From Takakia lepidozioides (taxonomy: Eukaryota > Plantae > Bryophyta): a stretch of 64,000 nt of DNA. The notes below the pieces were generated by a model. It searched no databases and was not told the origin of the DNA. It was given only the letters and a program-made list of their open reading frames with translations. How positions within the stretch are numbered: position 1 is the stretch's first letter; every line of letters begins with the position of its first letter. Below are positions 49,149 to 63,277 of the stretch, piece after piece. Position numbers and translations under genes: made by a program. The stretch spans positions 56,668,001 through 56,732,000 of the forward strand of contig CM060734.1 in NCBI GenBank assembly GCA_030704615.1, written 5' to 3'.

Positions 49149-52100
49149 TCATGCCACTTCTTTGGCCTTACTCCACTTTGTAACCAGGCCAAAGCCCATT
49201 AGAGACATGATAACCACCTGTACACAATCCAAGACTGCAGCACATGAGCACATTTACAAAAGGGGTGCAATTCCTTTGCGAATACCTTGGCGGTCCAAAT
49301 TCTTCACTCCAAGTTGAGATTTACATATGGTGGTACCTCTCATATTTTTCCTCCTTGCCAAAGAAAGTCTTTAGCCCATGGATTGTGAGGTTAACTTACA
49401 GAGAGTGCAGAAGGAAGCCCAACCAGTGGATCAGGAAAGAAGGTGCAGGCTAGAGCGAGCCCCAGTAAACTGCTCTGCATCCCTGCAATGAAGGCACAAT
49501 GTTTAAACTTCCAAAGAAGCCAAGAGACAGGGGAGAGCTTGGAGAGAATATAGCAGTGAATAAAAGCTGTTGTGTAAGATGAGAGAGCTTAACCTGCATA
49601 GGAACTGTCTCTCTGGTTAAGTTCTCCCAACTAATAGTTTACCATGACAATCACAGATCAAGGATAGGAGATTTGAAGAATGCAAAAACCACCAAGATCT
49701 CAATGGCAGATCCTCCTATCATCTTTCTCCTCTCCCTCGACACTTCGAACCTCGGAAAAACTTGACGCTTGACATGTTGTTAAACTCGAGACAGGTGTGA
49801 GACTCCTCAAGACATAGTCTAGTGCAAACGCAAAGCCAGCTAGTATGGACCTACTCATAGTCGTTCTGTATCAGGCCAAGTTATATTAGTGTCCATCTCT
49901 TCTGATTCTGTGGGGTTCCTGACACAGTTCACAGTTCAGTTCAGTACCTTGCTGGTTGGGAACCTTCAGCCCCGGGCATTGCCTGTGCATTATCCTTGGT
50001 TTGGAGAGCTCATCTACCTGGTAAAATGACTTAGCAGCATGAAGACAGTAGATTTTCTATATCAGTGCATACCTGTCTCAAGCGAGATGGTTCTTGCCAA
50101 TCCGCGCAAATCAGAGGCCGAAGAATATGTCAACTCTGTCATCTTGTAACCAACACCAAAGGCGGCAGTATGGAAACCCACAATGGGAACTAAAAGCTTG
50201 AGCCCAAATGGTGAGAGGATGGCGTCAACATTGAGAGCCAGGGGTGACCCTATGCAACAACAGGTCACTAGTACAGATAAAAATGGCAAGAAAGGCCGGA
50301 TTTGTATTGAAATAGGAGCTGCAAACCTGCAGAACATTTGGACCACTTTGTTGATGTCCAACTTTGGTATCAGAGAAACCAATGAATGCAGCAGAAAGGA
50401 AGACACCCCTCACAGTTTGGAATCTGGCAATGCCAACTCAAGATGGAAGGTGACAAGCAGACAACTTTGACCCTCCCTGCACTCACCCCCATGTGTTCAT
50501 CAACACTTGTTGAAAAGATCAATTATTTTTGTATAGGTGAAGAGAAACCTCCATATAGCCATCATTGCTCTCCGAGTGAGGTTTTACCGGTTAAGAAGAA
50601 GGCCAGCTACAATAGGAGCTACCACAATTTGAGTGATGTTAGCCACCATCCCTGGAACGTCAATCGGTAGGCGCCGACCCAACAATAACAATGTCAACAA
50701 TGGAATGACGAAAACTGCCGACGCCGTTGAGAGGGCAGTCATGACAATGCTGAGGGGTGCCATTGAAGGTTCTGCCAGGAAAGTTGCATAATTTGACAGC
50801 TGCGCTCCACTCACACATGATGTCAATAGCAGTCCCGACCCTGCATAAAGATTTCAATCTTTTATTCATCTCATAGAACTGTCAAAAGCGCCTTAATACA
50901 CCAGAATTACACATGAATGCAGAGATAGATAATAACTGAAACGGAGAAGTTCAACCGAATGCACCACAGATCTAGTAAGATTTCCGTGGTGTGTGGGCAC
51001 CACATGTCATGTGCTGGTGTTGTTACATAGTGAGAAGAATCTTCTCCTTCCTCCCTGCATTCTCTTTGTCTCCCTCTTAATTGCACTCACGAGTGCCCCT
51101 TAAAACCATGTTAAGATGATGGCGTCAGATGGGCACTGAATTCCATTATTATCGAACACACGAAATGGATTTGTGCAACAATACAGTGTGCTCTAAGGAA
51201 GTCCACGGTCAGTACCAATAGTCTCGGGAAGGTGCAGTATGGACACGGCAATTGCAGCAAACAGCAATCCAAGCAGCGGCTTCACAATGTACTGGCCAGC
51301 ATAACCCAGAGCTATGACCCCAGGACGCTCAACAGCATGTGCAAAGTCCTTGATACTCAAATTCAGCCCCACTGAGAACATGAGAAAACCCAGTGCCGGT
51401 GCATAGTACCTGCATTGTGAATGCCCTACCTTTATTTCTTCATCTAACATTCCAGCCCTCATTGAGTGTCTACGGTCGGCTAGGAGCACAATAGCTAACT
51501 CGGCACCATTTTGACCTTATGCTTCTGACTATTTTCTAAGATTTCAACCATGCAACCAAACTGAGATGTGTTGGGGCTCAGAATGTACAATCAACAACAG
51601 TTCTCTGCAGGCTATGCACTTGACAGTTCTCTGCCAGGCCATGCACTTGACAGCAAAGTTCCTCCCACCCAGCTCCAAAGACAGTCATGGGATTTCCACA
51701 GACGAAGGTATGAAAATTCAGCCTAAGAGTTCCAGAGCTGACAATGACAATGGATTCAAGAGAGTGGTGATAGCATGCAACATGCAGCGCTATACCTGAA
51801 AGCACTAACTGTTAAAGATTTACCCAGTCCGTCATAATTGATGCCTTCTCAAACTCTGAATTAGGTGAGAAACAGTCCAAGAAAGGGAGAGTATGTGACC
51901 TGGTTGTGAACCATGTAAAGGAGGAAGGGTATATAAGAGCCAGCCCCGTACTTGCCACAATGGCATGTGGCAGATATGCATTGGCATGCTTCAAAATTTC
52001 TTCCCACTTCTTTGGGCTTGTTGCTTGTGGAGATGCCTGCAACACCCAACATACTCAAGCTCCATATTTTGTTGATGCTTGCAGGTTTGGAATCTCAGCT

Positions 52101-53021
52101 AATGAGAAACATCGTTCTCACTTCATACAAACCTACCCTGACACATTCACATTGAGCACCAAAGACACCATAACAAGAACAAGATAACACAAGATAACAA
52201 GACAACGGTTTCATGAACATCCAGAAACACTTTCACATGTGCCAGGTCACTACTGAGCAATCTCTTTACATATTCTACAAAATCACACCCTATGTCGTTG
52301 GTCAGTATAAGAGCATCCCACTTTTGCTTATTTTCAATCTTGTGTCATGCAATGCTGCAATGGCTGGGGCTGCTCTAGACGCTTGTTCCTATGCCACCCG
52401 ATCCTCATCATAATTTGTGTTTATCTAAGTATCACCCACAGGACATCTTCTACTAACACTGATTAAATTGGAGTCTTTTATACCTGTTGTTTGATGTCAT
52501 CTTCTCTTGCAGAGCGGGGAAGCCCTTGTCTGGGCAGGGCATTGCTTCTTCCTCTTTTGGTTGCTGCTTTGCTGTGGCGGCCTACCTCCCAACGGACACT
52601 TTGCTTAAAGCCGGTCCGCTACTAGAGAGCCCACTCGCTGGAGGAATGAAATACAATCCAGAAAACATCAAAAATATTGTGAAGTAATCGGTTGAAAGAA
52701 ATCTACCAAGGAGGAGCTGCCGTTGTGACAACAAACTTGAGGAGACACACTGCGCTGCACGACAAGACCAAGCAGAATAAATTACAGTCAGTTTTTTGTT
52801 ACATGCCAGTGCAACGGCTGGTTAGGCGCATCTCCACATTAAGACCGTTCAGGTTGATCGATCTGCATGATGAGCATCCGGATCTTACCTATATGCCAAG
52901 AGCGAGGATTGTGTGAGCTGATAACATTCCACTGTCGCCCAGTTGCAATTGAATTTCGACGAGAATTTACCAGTGGCAATGGCTGTTGTCTGCCGACCAG
53001 CAAACCCCTGTATGCGCCCAT
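49149..53021 (-). CDS. bile acid:sodium symporter family plastid transporter, BASS5/BASS6-like; exons 53021-52889, 52581-52484 (tentative), 52036-51900, 51409-51216, 50840-50588, 50326-50073, 49482-49400, 49217-49149, about 406 aa
   Basis: YYAPALGFLMFSVG, SCVSGAQLSNYATFL, SLETGMQSSLLGLALA, VVIMSLMGF. GT-AG phases are consistent; the N-terminal exons are less certain. Confidence 0.92.
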
Positions 53022-54309
53022 TACGTCCCCAACTTCTGCAGAACAGCTCCCAAATCCCAAACCGAGAATTTTACTACCATATTCTACCCAACTTTGCAAA
53101 TGAAAGCATCAACCAGACCGCTCATTATTTTCCATGGCAACCAAAAACTGAGTGATCTGTCGTCCTCCATATATTCTGGATTACTGAGAGAAACTAAAAG
53201 TGAAGAAGACAAATCATAAAGCAACTAAAAAGACCTGAGGAAGGGGGGAAAAAGTTTTTGCAAGTGCACGGCCCCAATCCAGCTACAGGGTGGAGGGCGG
53301 GGGGGATGATAGGGAAAACTCCATAGCGAATTAACAAGTGTGAGAACTTCTGGCAAGCTGCATAGCCAGAGGGTGTCACCCCCGCACACCACTCTCCACC
53401 TCCTCCTCCTCTGGACCCGGGATTTCCCTGTACAGATGGCCTTTTTTTTTCCCAGACCGCGTGGGTGGGTCCAAAAGGACCCTTATTATTTTTTTGTTTT
53501 GCAAAGCCCTTTTCAGGGGTCGCGGGAGCAGGAGGTGGTGTTCAAGCACCCCTCCTGCCCCTTGTAGCCAAAGTCATCTTTCGTACAGGGAACGAGGGAC
53601 CCCTTGTGAGGCTCTCGCGAACCTGCAAAGATGCCACCATTTCCAACTCATCCGTTGCAACGTTAAAAGATGCCAAGGTGTGCGAGGCATTCGTCAGAGC
53701 CACGTCCATGGATGCCAACACATCGGAAGCCCGCTTCAGTAGGGCATCAAACCGTGCAAACAACTCCAACGCCCCTCTCAATGCAACATCAAGCGCGTCC
53801 TTGTGAGCAACACTTGAGGCCATTTCAAAAGAGAGCAAGAGATTAATGGGCCACCAAAGCCTCCCCTCTTTTGATATGGATGGATGGCCGGCCGGTTACT
53901 GTTGTTGTGCCTAGAACGACACATCACCAGAACAAATATGGCAAATCAATTGGAACACAAATGAACACTAAAAGTTATACGATGCATCTCAGCAATGTGC
54001 GTGATGTGGCGTGTACATGTCACCTTAGAATCACTCCATCAGTCATGATTCTGACATGCAATCAACAAGCAAATCGGATGCTTCAGCAGTTGCTGCACGC
54101 CTCTGGATATTCGTAATCTAGGATTAGCCCCACGACAGGCTTGTCCCTACAGGAAGCCACTCATTAATGGCCATAATAAGGCCTTCTGCCATTTAATGCA
54201 GTCAACCAGCCCCGCTATCGGGCCACATGTCCTCGCCATGCCCCCTTGCTCGCCATACTCCTCGCCATGCATGCGCCCCCATGCTCTATGAGCCTCCCCC
54301 CATGCCACA

Positions 54310-54814
54310 TGCTCCATAGCATGTTTGTTATCCATGGATGAATTAAGGGATGAATTTAGGATGAATGAGGTTAGGATCTCTTAGGGCGGCGGCTGGTCGA
54401 GGGTTTTGTTTGTTAGGGCTTAGTGAGTTCTTCGCAAACTAAGGAAACCTGGAATGCGCTTCCTCCAGACATATTAAGGTATACCATCATGTCAGGGAAA
54501 CCTCGATCGCAATTTCCACTATACATATCTTATATCACCCAAGTGATATGCCAGGGAACATCGACCGCGGTTTCCTGGAAGCTCTTGAACGCCCTGCACC
54601 ACCAAATCAAGTTTAGTGATCCACAAGCTCACCTCACTAATCTAATCTACTCATAATCGCGTCCACTAATCCACTCACTAATCCATAGAACGAGAGCGAA
54701 GAAATGTTAAAACAGTCGTGACCCTAACGAGCCTAAACCCACCTCTAACCTCATCCCTAACCTAGACTCATCCCACTAAAATCATCTATGGATAACAAAC
54801 ATGACCATGGAGCA
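54310..54814. mobile_element. MITE-like element with imperfect TIRs of about 32 bp
   Basis: tgctccatagcatgtttgttatccatggatga versus tcatctatggataacaaacatgaccatggagca, with further loose inverted similarity inside. Confidence 0.65.
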
Positions 54815-55590
54815 AGCGGGAGTCAGCTGAGTTTGCTTTGGAATATCTAAATGGCAGATTCTTTCTGCAGCTATTCGTCGCTATGGCCTATCCAGGACCT
54901 AGAAAAAGGGGACGAATGCATGCGTGATTATTTGTTCGGAGTTGGGAGAAGAGAAGCAGCGCTCCTCACGCCTGTCTGTTTCGTTCCAGACTCCATGCGG
55001 TTTTTTCAAACAGGTGAAGCTTTTCTTGCTTTCAAGTGCCATTTTAAAGAGACGGATAGACTCCTTAAGTGGCTAGTGTCCCTTGAACAATCGAATCTCT
55101 CCGTGTACACAATTCATTCAATGTCGACCAGGGTATAGCAATTTGCAGCTCAATATCTTGCTGTTTGAACCCAATTGCAGCTATGATATGATGCAGGATA
55201 CATTGACATTCTTACTCTCATTCATACTCAAGCAGCACCAAGGCTGTAAGTGGAGATATTGAGCTGGCAAGGGCGCTTTATTCCTACTTGGACTTTCTTT
55301 CTCTAAATATTAATCTTCATGATCGCAGGAATAGCAAATGCATCGCAATCAACTGATGACAGCCACAGTGATGAACACTCTTGCAAGTGGTGCTCCTACA
55401 CAGAGTGCTTGGTCAAGTGATGGAAGGCCTCTTTCGGTGTATTGTGATATCCCAGCAGTTACCGAGTTTCTTATTAGTCGGCCTGAGTTCATGTTCGGTG
55501 AGATGTAATCTCCTTACTGGCCTTCATGATTCTGTTTGTATGCATGCTCCTTATTATTGCTTGTCTTTATGTTTTCTGAGTGTCTGGCTA

Positions 55591-56669
55591 GGGAATTCCA
55601 AAAAGGCCTTGATGTGAAATGCATCGCAATTCACTTGATCACCCCCTAAAAGTGCGCAACTCAATTGAATTGCAAGGGCAATTCAATTGAACTAACCCTA
55701 ATTTGCAATTCAATTGAATTGTAATCTATAATTTTTAACTTATTTCTGTATATTATATATATATAATTATACATATATACATACACAGGTATAAGCTAAA
55801 AATACATGTTGCCCGTCTATTCTTGCTGTCCGTCTGTCAATCCTTTGCCCGTGGTAAGGCTTGAGCCCAAGATAAGCCTAAGGGAGAGCAAGAGAGGGAG
55901 AGAGAGAGAGAGGAAGTCACGGAGCGCTTGTAAAAGCGGGATTGTCTCTCTTTGTGGATGTTGGTGCCAATATATGGCTATGTACATATTTCAAACATGA
56001 TACCAATGTAAGAGTATCAACGTGTAAGAGTTTGATATATTAAACTTATATAGAACACACATCCCAACTTCAACATGATACCTTTGTAAGGGTATCGAAA
56101 TTTTTGATAATTCTCAAGATGAACATATTTTTTGTTTTCTTGTCCTGGCCAGATACTAGTGTTAGGGGACTACATGGTGATGCAGGGAAGCCTTTCATCA
56201 ATTGTCAGGTTTGATTTTGTCTAATTTTTTCGGAGCCATCCATGTTTCTTTTGCCAGTGAATCACAGGAAGCTGCTGATCTGTCTCCGTCTCTGGCTCTC
56301 CCTTTCTCACTGAGGCTGAGGGTGGCTTCACAACTCCACAATTTCCTCAAGGGCACAAGAAAGAGGGCCAGCAAGAATAGACGGGCAACATGTATTTTTA
56401 GCTTATACTCTCATATGTGTATAAATATAATTTGAATATATACATGTACATATATATTATATATTATATACAAAAAAATATAGATTACAATTGAATTGAA
56501 CTAACCCTAATTCGCAATTCAATTGAATCGTGTGCCGACAATTCAATTGAATTGCAAATTAGGGTTAGTTCAATTGAATTGCCCTTGCAATTCAATTGAA
56601 TTGCGCACTTTTAGGGGGTGATCAAGTGAAATGCGATGCATTTCACATCAAGGCCTTTTTTGAATTCCC
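55591..56669. mobile_element. foldback/MITE-like element with near-perfect TIRs of about 125 bp, flanked by TA
   Basis: 55591-~55720 is the reverse complement of ~56547-56669; the TIRs contain repeats of the palindrome caattcaattgaattg. Confidence 0.88.
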
Positions 56670-57599
56670 TATCTTCCTTCACGGTGCTGTTTGTCCGCAT
56701 GCTCCTCATTATTGCTTCAGTCTTTATGTTTTCTGAGTGTCGTAGGCTTGCTGTCAGGTTGAGAGATTAGGAAAAGTGCTGTATTTGTGGAGGGAGCGGA
56801 AAGGATGTGAATGAACTCTCTATTTCTTATTGAAGGAGTTCTTGTGGGCTGGTACAATCAGTTGAGGACCCAAGGAAAGCCGATATCATATGGACACACA
56901 TGCAAATAGACGATGAGTTGCAGAAAGCATGGGGGCTACACTCGCACCAGTATGTCAATCAGTTCCCAGTAGAGGCGTGCCTTGTGATGAAGCACCACTT
57001 AGCCTGCCCTGTCTGAAGGGGGAAATGGCCTTGCGGCACTTATTGCATTGCACAACAATGTTAGAAATTTGCCACATGAAGATACTAAAGTCGAAGTATA
57101 ATGGGAAGTTTGCAATAATTGTGTTAACTAAGGGTATGGCAGGATAGGCTGATGTGGGGTGTCACCCTGGGACTTTTCCCAGTTCATAGATTATCCAACA
57201 TGGAGGTTTTACCTATATTTAAAATGATATACCTGTCCCATTGTATGTATTCAGATGCAAAAGAACATTTCCACAGCCTTATTTGAGATATGTGAACCCC
57301 CAACAAAAACACCTGGAGCATTACAGAGTGTAGTGCCTTACATCATTTGTAGCCCCACACTGTGTTGCAGAAAGTATTGTCAGCTACAGTGTCAGGATCT
57401 AACATTGTGCAGCCGAGGTACTGGTACTCACTATTTATTGTGTTTGTAGTTGCATCACATGAGCAGCATGGAAGGAATGGCTGTTGCTGGATGGACCTGT
57501 ATTCAGGCAGGTTCCCAACAATTTCCCACCAAGTCAAATGTGACAAGCTCGCTAGCTAGTTTCTTAAGGCTCAAGAAATGACAGTAACAAGGTTGTAGA

Positions 57600-60500
57600 G
57601 CTTTTACTCCTCAGGTGAATCAGGCCTAGTAAGCTTTTCTCCGATGTGCTCAAGGTCTAGGAAGCTCTGGACCGAAACTTCTCCGCAACAACTTTGATTG
57701 TAACAACATTTGGCAAGGACCCAAGAGCTCGAGTTATGAAATGAACGGATGGTGCTTTGCACTCTGGCTACTCCTTGGTTTACAAGAGTACTCGTTGGAA
57801 ATCTGACTTGTGAAACTTGTAGTTGGAAGCAGACATAAGAATTAACATACTTTTTGGATGGGCTGCAGAGGTCAAAATGGAAAAATCGTTGATGTGTCAA
57901 GATTCACCCATTGAGCCTGAAGGTTGGATCCCTCTGCAAGCACCTGATGACACGTTGATTGTTGTAAAGAAGAGTGGATGTGGGATTGAGGGGAATCTCA
58001 AACTGGGTCACGAGCTGGGAAGAAGTTGGGAGAGAAGGAGAAAGAGCTTGAAGAGAATGAGAGGTTTTTGTCCCCCTACTGATGTTTAAGAGACACATGC
58101 CATATGACTAACATTCTTTCTGCATGATGCCCTTGATGAGAGAAGCCAGACAATTCGGCCGAAGAAATTGTTTGTGCAAAGTACTTAAGGATGCAGCATG
58201 AGGAGATATGAAAGAGTTGATTGGGATTGCCCCTTTGGAGATAGGCATTTTGGCGGAGGCAGACGGTGCAACATTGCTTATGAATAGCTTGCTGTAGTAC
58301 TATCCTCATATGCGACCGGGATGCACCCCAAACGACTTTGTCCATACACTCTCAAATGCGTTTTGTCGAGACAAGTTTTGGAAGTACACACTGCTCCACA
58401 GTTTTGGAAGCCCTCCAAGCTCAAAGGCAAGAGTGATACAAGCAAAGACAATACATAAGATTTGGTCCGTGTTTTAGATACCTCATTGACCCATCCTATA
58501 GACCAGATGAGGAGTGATTTGAAATTTATGAGATCTCAGACGAAAACGGTAAAATATGCACAGTGATGAATGACAATGTTTAGCATGCATCTTGGTATCG
58601 TCCATCCGCAGTCTTCTCCTTCACCAGCGGTTTGCCACAGGGGTGGAGATGAGAGAAGACACGTCTCTTGCCCTTCGCCCTCTTCGCATCAAGGGACACA
58701 CCTGCTGCAGGAAGCTCTCTAACCATTCTGGGCTTACCTGCCTGTCAAACTCTAGGCCTGGCAGGCATTCTCTCTCATTTGAGCAGCGGGAAGCGGAACT
58801 GCTTGACTCGTTTCTGTGCAAAAATCTCTGGCCTGCTGGTGAGCAAGATTCCCATCTCATGTGTCTTGTCCAACTGAATATTGATTCCACCTAGAGAGTA
58901 AGTTTTTACAATGTTCGACTGGATTGGTGGGGATTTACTCAATTTGTATGTAGGTGGTAGTCTGCTCATATGAATCTGGTTCATGGTCAAGCAAACTGCT
59001 CTAAGATCCAATATCATGTGTTGTGATTGGTCGTATATTTTTTTTATAGCCACAGACCACATGGCTGCATGAGGTTGTGCTTCTGGATTTTCGTCTGGGT
59101 GTAATTTGGTTGACAGAGCTCTGCCTCTTTGATGATTATCAACCCTTCCCAAATAAACTTGATGGAATTTCTCTTGAATGTCAATTACAACATTGTGTAA
59201 CAACAAAAAGGGCCTTTGATTGCTGCAAGTAAGGTTGATGTCCCCTTGAGAAATACCTGGAGCTGTAAATAGGCCATTTTGGTGTGAGGGATAGTCCACA
59301 GTCCAGCTATAGGGAAACCGCCAGCCTTGGTAAAATTCCCCTTGCAGACCTGTGATGGTTCTGCAGCAAATTGACCCTGAAAATTCATACTGGCTGTTGA
59401 TTCAATCATAGATCTTGCTACTGTGAGACGTCTTATAAGCTCAAGCCTGCCAAAAGATGCTAGAATTCACCAACATACAAATCCTGAGGCAACGTACATT
59501 TTGCTACCCCGGTTTCTATGTAAATTTTTCCTATACAGATCCTCGTTGTATGGGTGCCATTACATGTCCGCATGTGAACGTGAGAGCCAAAGCATTCATA
59601 GAAGCATTATCAGTCACTTTCATACTAATGTAAGGAGTCTTTAGGGCGAACCTCTCATTGAAGTGATTGTCTTTGATGACTCATTGCAGGGAAGAAACAT
59701 TCTCAAAATAAACAAAACACCGAACAAGCTGCAGCCTGCATAAAATGTCTTGCCCAATGGATTGCCCATCACATTCCATAGATAAAGAAGACATCTTAAG
59801 TGAAGTGAAGAAAGACCAAGACACCACGGAGAAAAAGGCATCCTGTCCCTACGCTTTGCCCCCTTACACATGCAAAGACCCGACTGAATGCCGAAAGCAA
59901 GAGACTCAAGATGACACAAGTTCCGGAGGAAAACGTGAAGAGAAAGAAGGCTGTGAAGAGACCCAAACAATTTCTGTGCTTCTGAAGAAATCAAGATCCC
60001 CAAGAGGGCTACCAAAAACCCCAAGAATGTCTGTAAATGATTCATCAAATCCCTCGACTCCTAGTAAGCCACACATATCCATGTATATCACATCCCTTGA
60101 ATAGTAGCAACATGGAAGTCCGTCTTTAACACCTAGTGTGATGTCAATGTCAGTCATTAAGGCAACACCCAACTCTTGCACCAATTGATGTGATTGACTT
60201 GTGCAAGCACAAGGGAATTGCTGGCCTGAGTTTCCGGAATCTGATTTCATGACTGGCCTCCACAAGAATCCTGTGGGATTATGTCCTCGAGGTTTTTGCT
60301 TTCAAGGATATGGGTTGAATTCACAGGGCTCGGTCAATGAGTATACATATTTCCTCAATCCATTCCCTCGACAGCCTCCAGTTCTTACTTATATGCAGTT
60401 ACTGTTAGAGGTTGTTCCAAATCAGGCACAGTTCACAGTGCCTAACTGTTCTCACATAGAGATGACTGCTTGGATTGCCTGGAATTTGCATGAAAAAGTC

Positions 60501-60750
60501 TTGATGTTAAGTTCATTTACTCATTGCCAAATGAAAGAGCTAGGCATCAATTGAAGGGACATGGTCCCATTGACCTTGATCGTTGTTTTCGCCACTGCAT
60601 ACGAGTCTCCCGTACTAAGCCATAGGAGAGATCACCATTCATCATAACAGTAAATAGGTAAGTCCATGACTGGTAGACCAGCATTGTTGGAAATCTGGAA
60701 ATACACCAACAGGCCTCAGGTTCACCTTCCACACACTACTAGCTGATGCA
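57600..60750 (-). mobile_element. highly decayed L1-like LINE relic
   Basis: Minus-strand remnants PIAGL.TIPHTK...QRPF...HNVVIDIQEKFH resemble RT domains 1-2. A plus-strand FTSGLPQG block lies at 58620. Boundaries are approximate. Confidence 0.4.
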
Positions 60751-60887
60751 ATGGGAGTTCAAAAAGTATTTGGTTATGGATGGTTGTTGGGACAGCGGCA
60801 GAGTTCATGAAGAGCACCCAGTCTGCAACTAGGCAAAAACAAAAATTGTGAAGTTTCCTTCTCCCCCCCCTCCCTCATCTGTTTCAG

Positions 60888-62907
60888 ATGGCAGTCTCGA
60901 GGGCTAGAACCAATTTCATAAGCTCTATTTCCTTTCTCATCATCCATAGACTGGCCACAAAGGGCTGCCTCCAAGCAAGTCAAGTCAGTACAGTTTCCTC
61001 TTTGTGTGACACTTTCACTGTTAACGTTCTACTAAAGGAATTTCAATGTGCAGAAAGTAAGAAGCTCCCAGCCATTCCACAGGGTGATAATCTGAAGGCT
61101 GTGTTGTTTGACATTGACGGGACTATTGCTGACTCCGACCCCATCCATTTCCAAGCATTTCAAGAAATTCTTGTTGAGGTTTGCTTTACCCACTTTTGAA
61201 ATAGCAAATTGATAAGAACTGTGTTATGTAATATGTCACGGACCCTACCTGCATACAAGGTATTTCTTTATTAGCTGTTGTCGTCTTCTACTTATAGCCC
61301 TCTAGTCTTCGAGTCTTTTAGCCCTCAAATTTGTTTGTACCAAGAGGGCCAGATTTCAAGCACAAGATTACCTATGATTCACTGTGGATCAATAGCTACA
61401 AGAAAGACCTTGAGTCCGGGCATGGTAACTGAAATTCAAAGTATTCTCATAGCCCTGTGAGCAATACACATTAGGGCAAGCGCTGAGAAGAAAGAAAGAA
61501 AGGAACTTAATCACTTCCATGGAAAGCCCAAAAGAGAGGGCAGAGAGATAGACTATATTTGCCAGGACGTACCCCTAATGCCATAGATCAATCACTCATA
61601 GTTTGAAACACAGTAGGAATTGGAAGGAAAAATTAGAAGTAAAAGGAGAAGATGAGGGGTTGAGAGAGAGAAAGAGGAGAGTGAAATTTAGAAAATCCAC
61701 TGTAAATGTACATTAGGCATCGCCATTGCGCTTTTTGGTTCATTTAGTCATACCTACTGCCTGCTTTTGTTTACCCTCGAAAGTGGGATTATGATAGGAT
61801 GGATACAGAGGTGTGAATGCAGGCAGGGTATAATAATGGGGTGCCTATTACCCATGACTTTTTCGTGCGCCAAATGAGTGGCAAACTCAACTATGTTATT
61901 GCTGGGGAGCTTATGCCTGAGATGGAAGAGGATAAGCGCATACAGTTCATGGATAAAAAGGAGGCTCGATTCCGCAGGTGCTTTCTTCCATCTAAAAAAC
62001 CTGTTGATGGAAAGTATACTGACTAGATATCAATAACTGCAGTGAGACAAGAACCCTCTTCATGAATGTCATCTCTACCTGAAGCTCTCTTCCATGGATG
62101 ATCATGCATGTGATGAGAATATTGATTTGACCCAAGGGATTGATGGCTACCAGCTTGGCAGCAACAGACGTAAAGCCCATTTCTGGATTTCACCAATTTG
62201 TTGAGTGGGTGAAGAAGCGGGGCTTGAGACGTGCTGCAGTGACCAATACCCCCCGTGAAAATGCGGAGCTAATTCTGAAGACCCTTGGCGTAGCTGATTT
62301 TTTTGAGATTCTAGTGGTGGGGAACGAGTGTGAACGTCCCAAACCCTTCCCTGATCCATATTTGCAGGCTATCAAGCACCTTGGCATCGAGCCCAACGAA
62401 GCTTTTGTCCTAGAGGTGAGTTTGCTTGGAATGTGACTACCTGAATTCATATGTTGCCAAGATTTACACGGTGCTACCATGCGGAGCCCCATCGCATAAA
62501 AATTCGTATCTGAGAGATAAAACATGATGATGATAATGTAAGCTCACGAGCATGTATTTTTTGGGGAGAAAGAGTAAGAGTAGAAGGAAGGACTTCAAAT
62601 CAGGGCTTCTCTGTACTTGAAAAGCTAAATCACAGGAAAACTACTCACAACGGGGCAATTCCTGCAGGACTCACCTTCAGGAGTTAAAGCAGGCGTGGCC
62701 GCAGGGTCAGCAGCTGTGGGTATGTTAACAGGGCATCCTGGGCCACTTCTGGTATCCTCCGTTTTGATCGACGACTACAACGACCCTGCTTTGTGGGATG
62801 CCTTGGGATATCCTTCCGATAAGCCCTCTCCACCAGCTCGCCCTCCAGCTCTGGACAACCCTCCAACTCCTGAAAACACCACTCCCTTGGTACAAGTAGT
62901 TGCGTGA
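60888..62907 (+). CDS. HAD-family sugar phosphatase (AtSGPP/At2g38740-like); exons 60888-61178 (start uncertain), 61823-61977, 62154-62415, 62668-62907
   Basis: LFDIDGTIADSDPIH, GYNNGVPI, AAVTNTPRENAE, KPFPDPY, EDSPSGVKAG. GT-AG phases are consistent. Confidence 0.9.
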
Positions 62908-63076
62908 GGCTCCCATGCTCCCCATCTCTGTATCATCACTCCATAGCCCACATCAACCTTTGCTTACATCTCTCATCTATGTCTGTGATGGTCAACACTA
63001 AAGTTACATTTAACTAACTCTCTTGCTATCCTTCCTACTCAAACCATATACTTATCAAACCTATCTTGACCTATCT

Positions 63077-63277
63077 ATTATTATTCTTATTCTTGTTATT
63101 GAAAGTGAAATACCAGGGAGTGACAGCTCACAAATCAGGCCCCTTAATGAGAGGAGAAAATAACTCTTTCAAAGTATCCTTCGCCGCGAGGCACCCACCC
63201 AAGATTAGACTATGCCTCACAAGGTAACACGAAGGACTCACCTGGGTGGCATCGGTGCTCTATCCAACTGAGCTACC
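63077..63277 (-). mobile_element. tRNA-derived SINE, followed by a degenerate 3' fragment at about 63296-63363
   Basis: Head ggtagctcagttggatagagcacc and the family 3' end. Confidence 0.75.
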
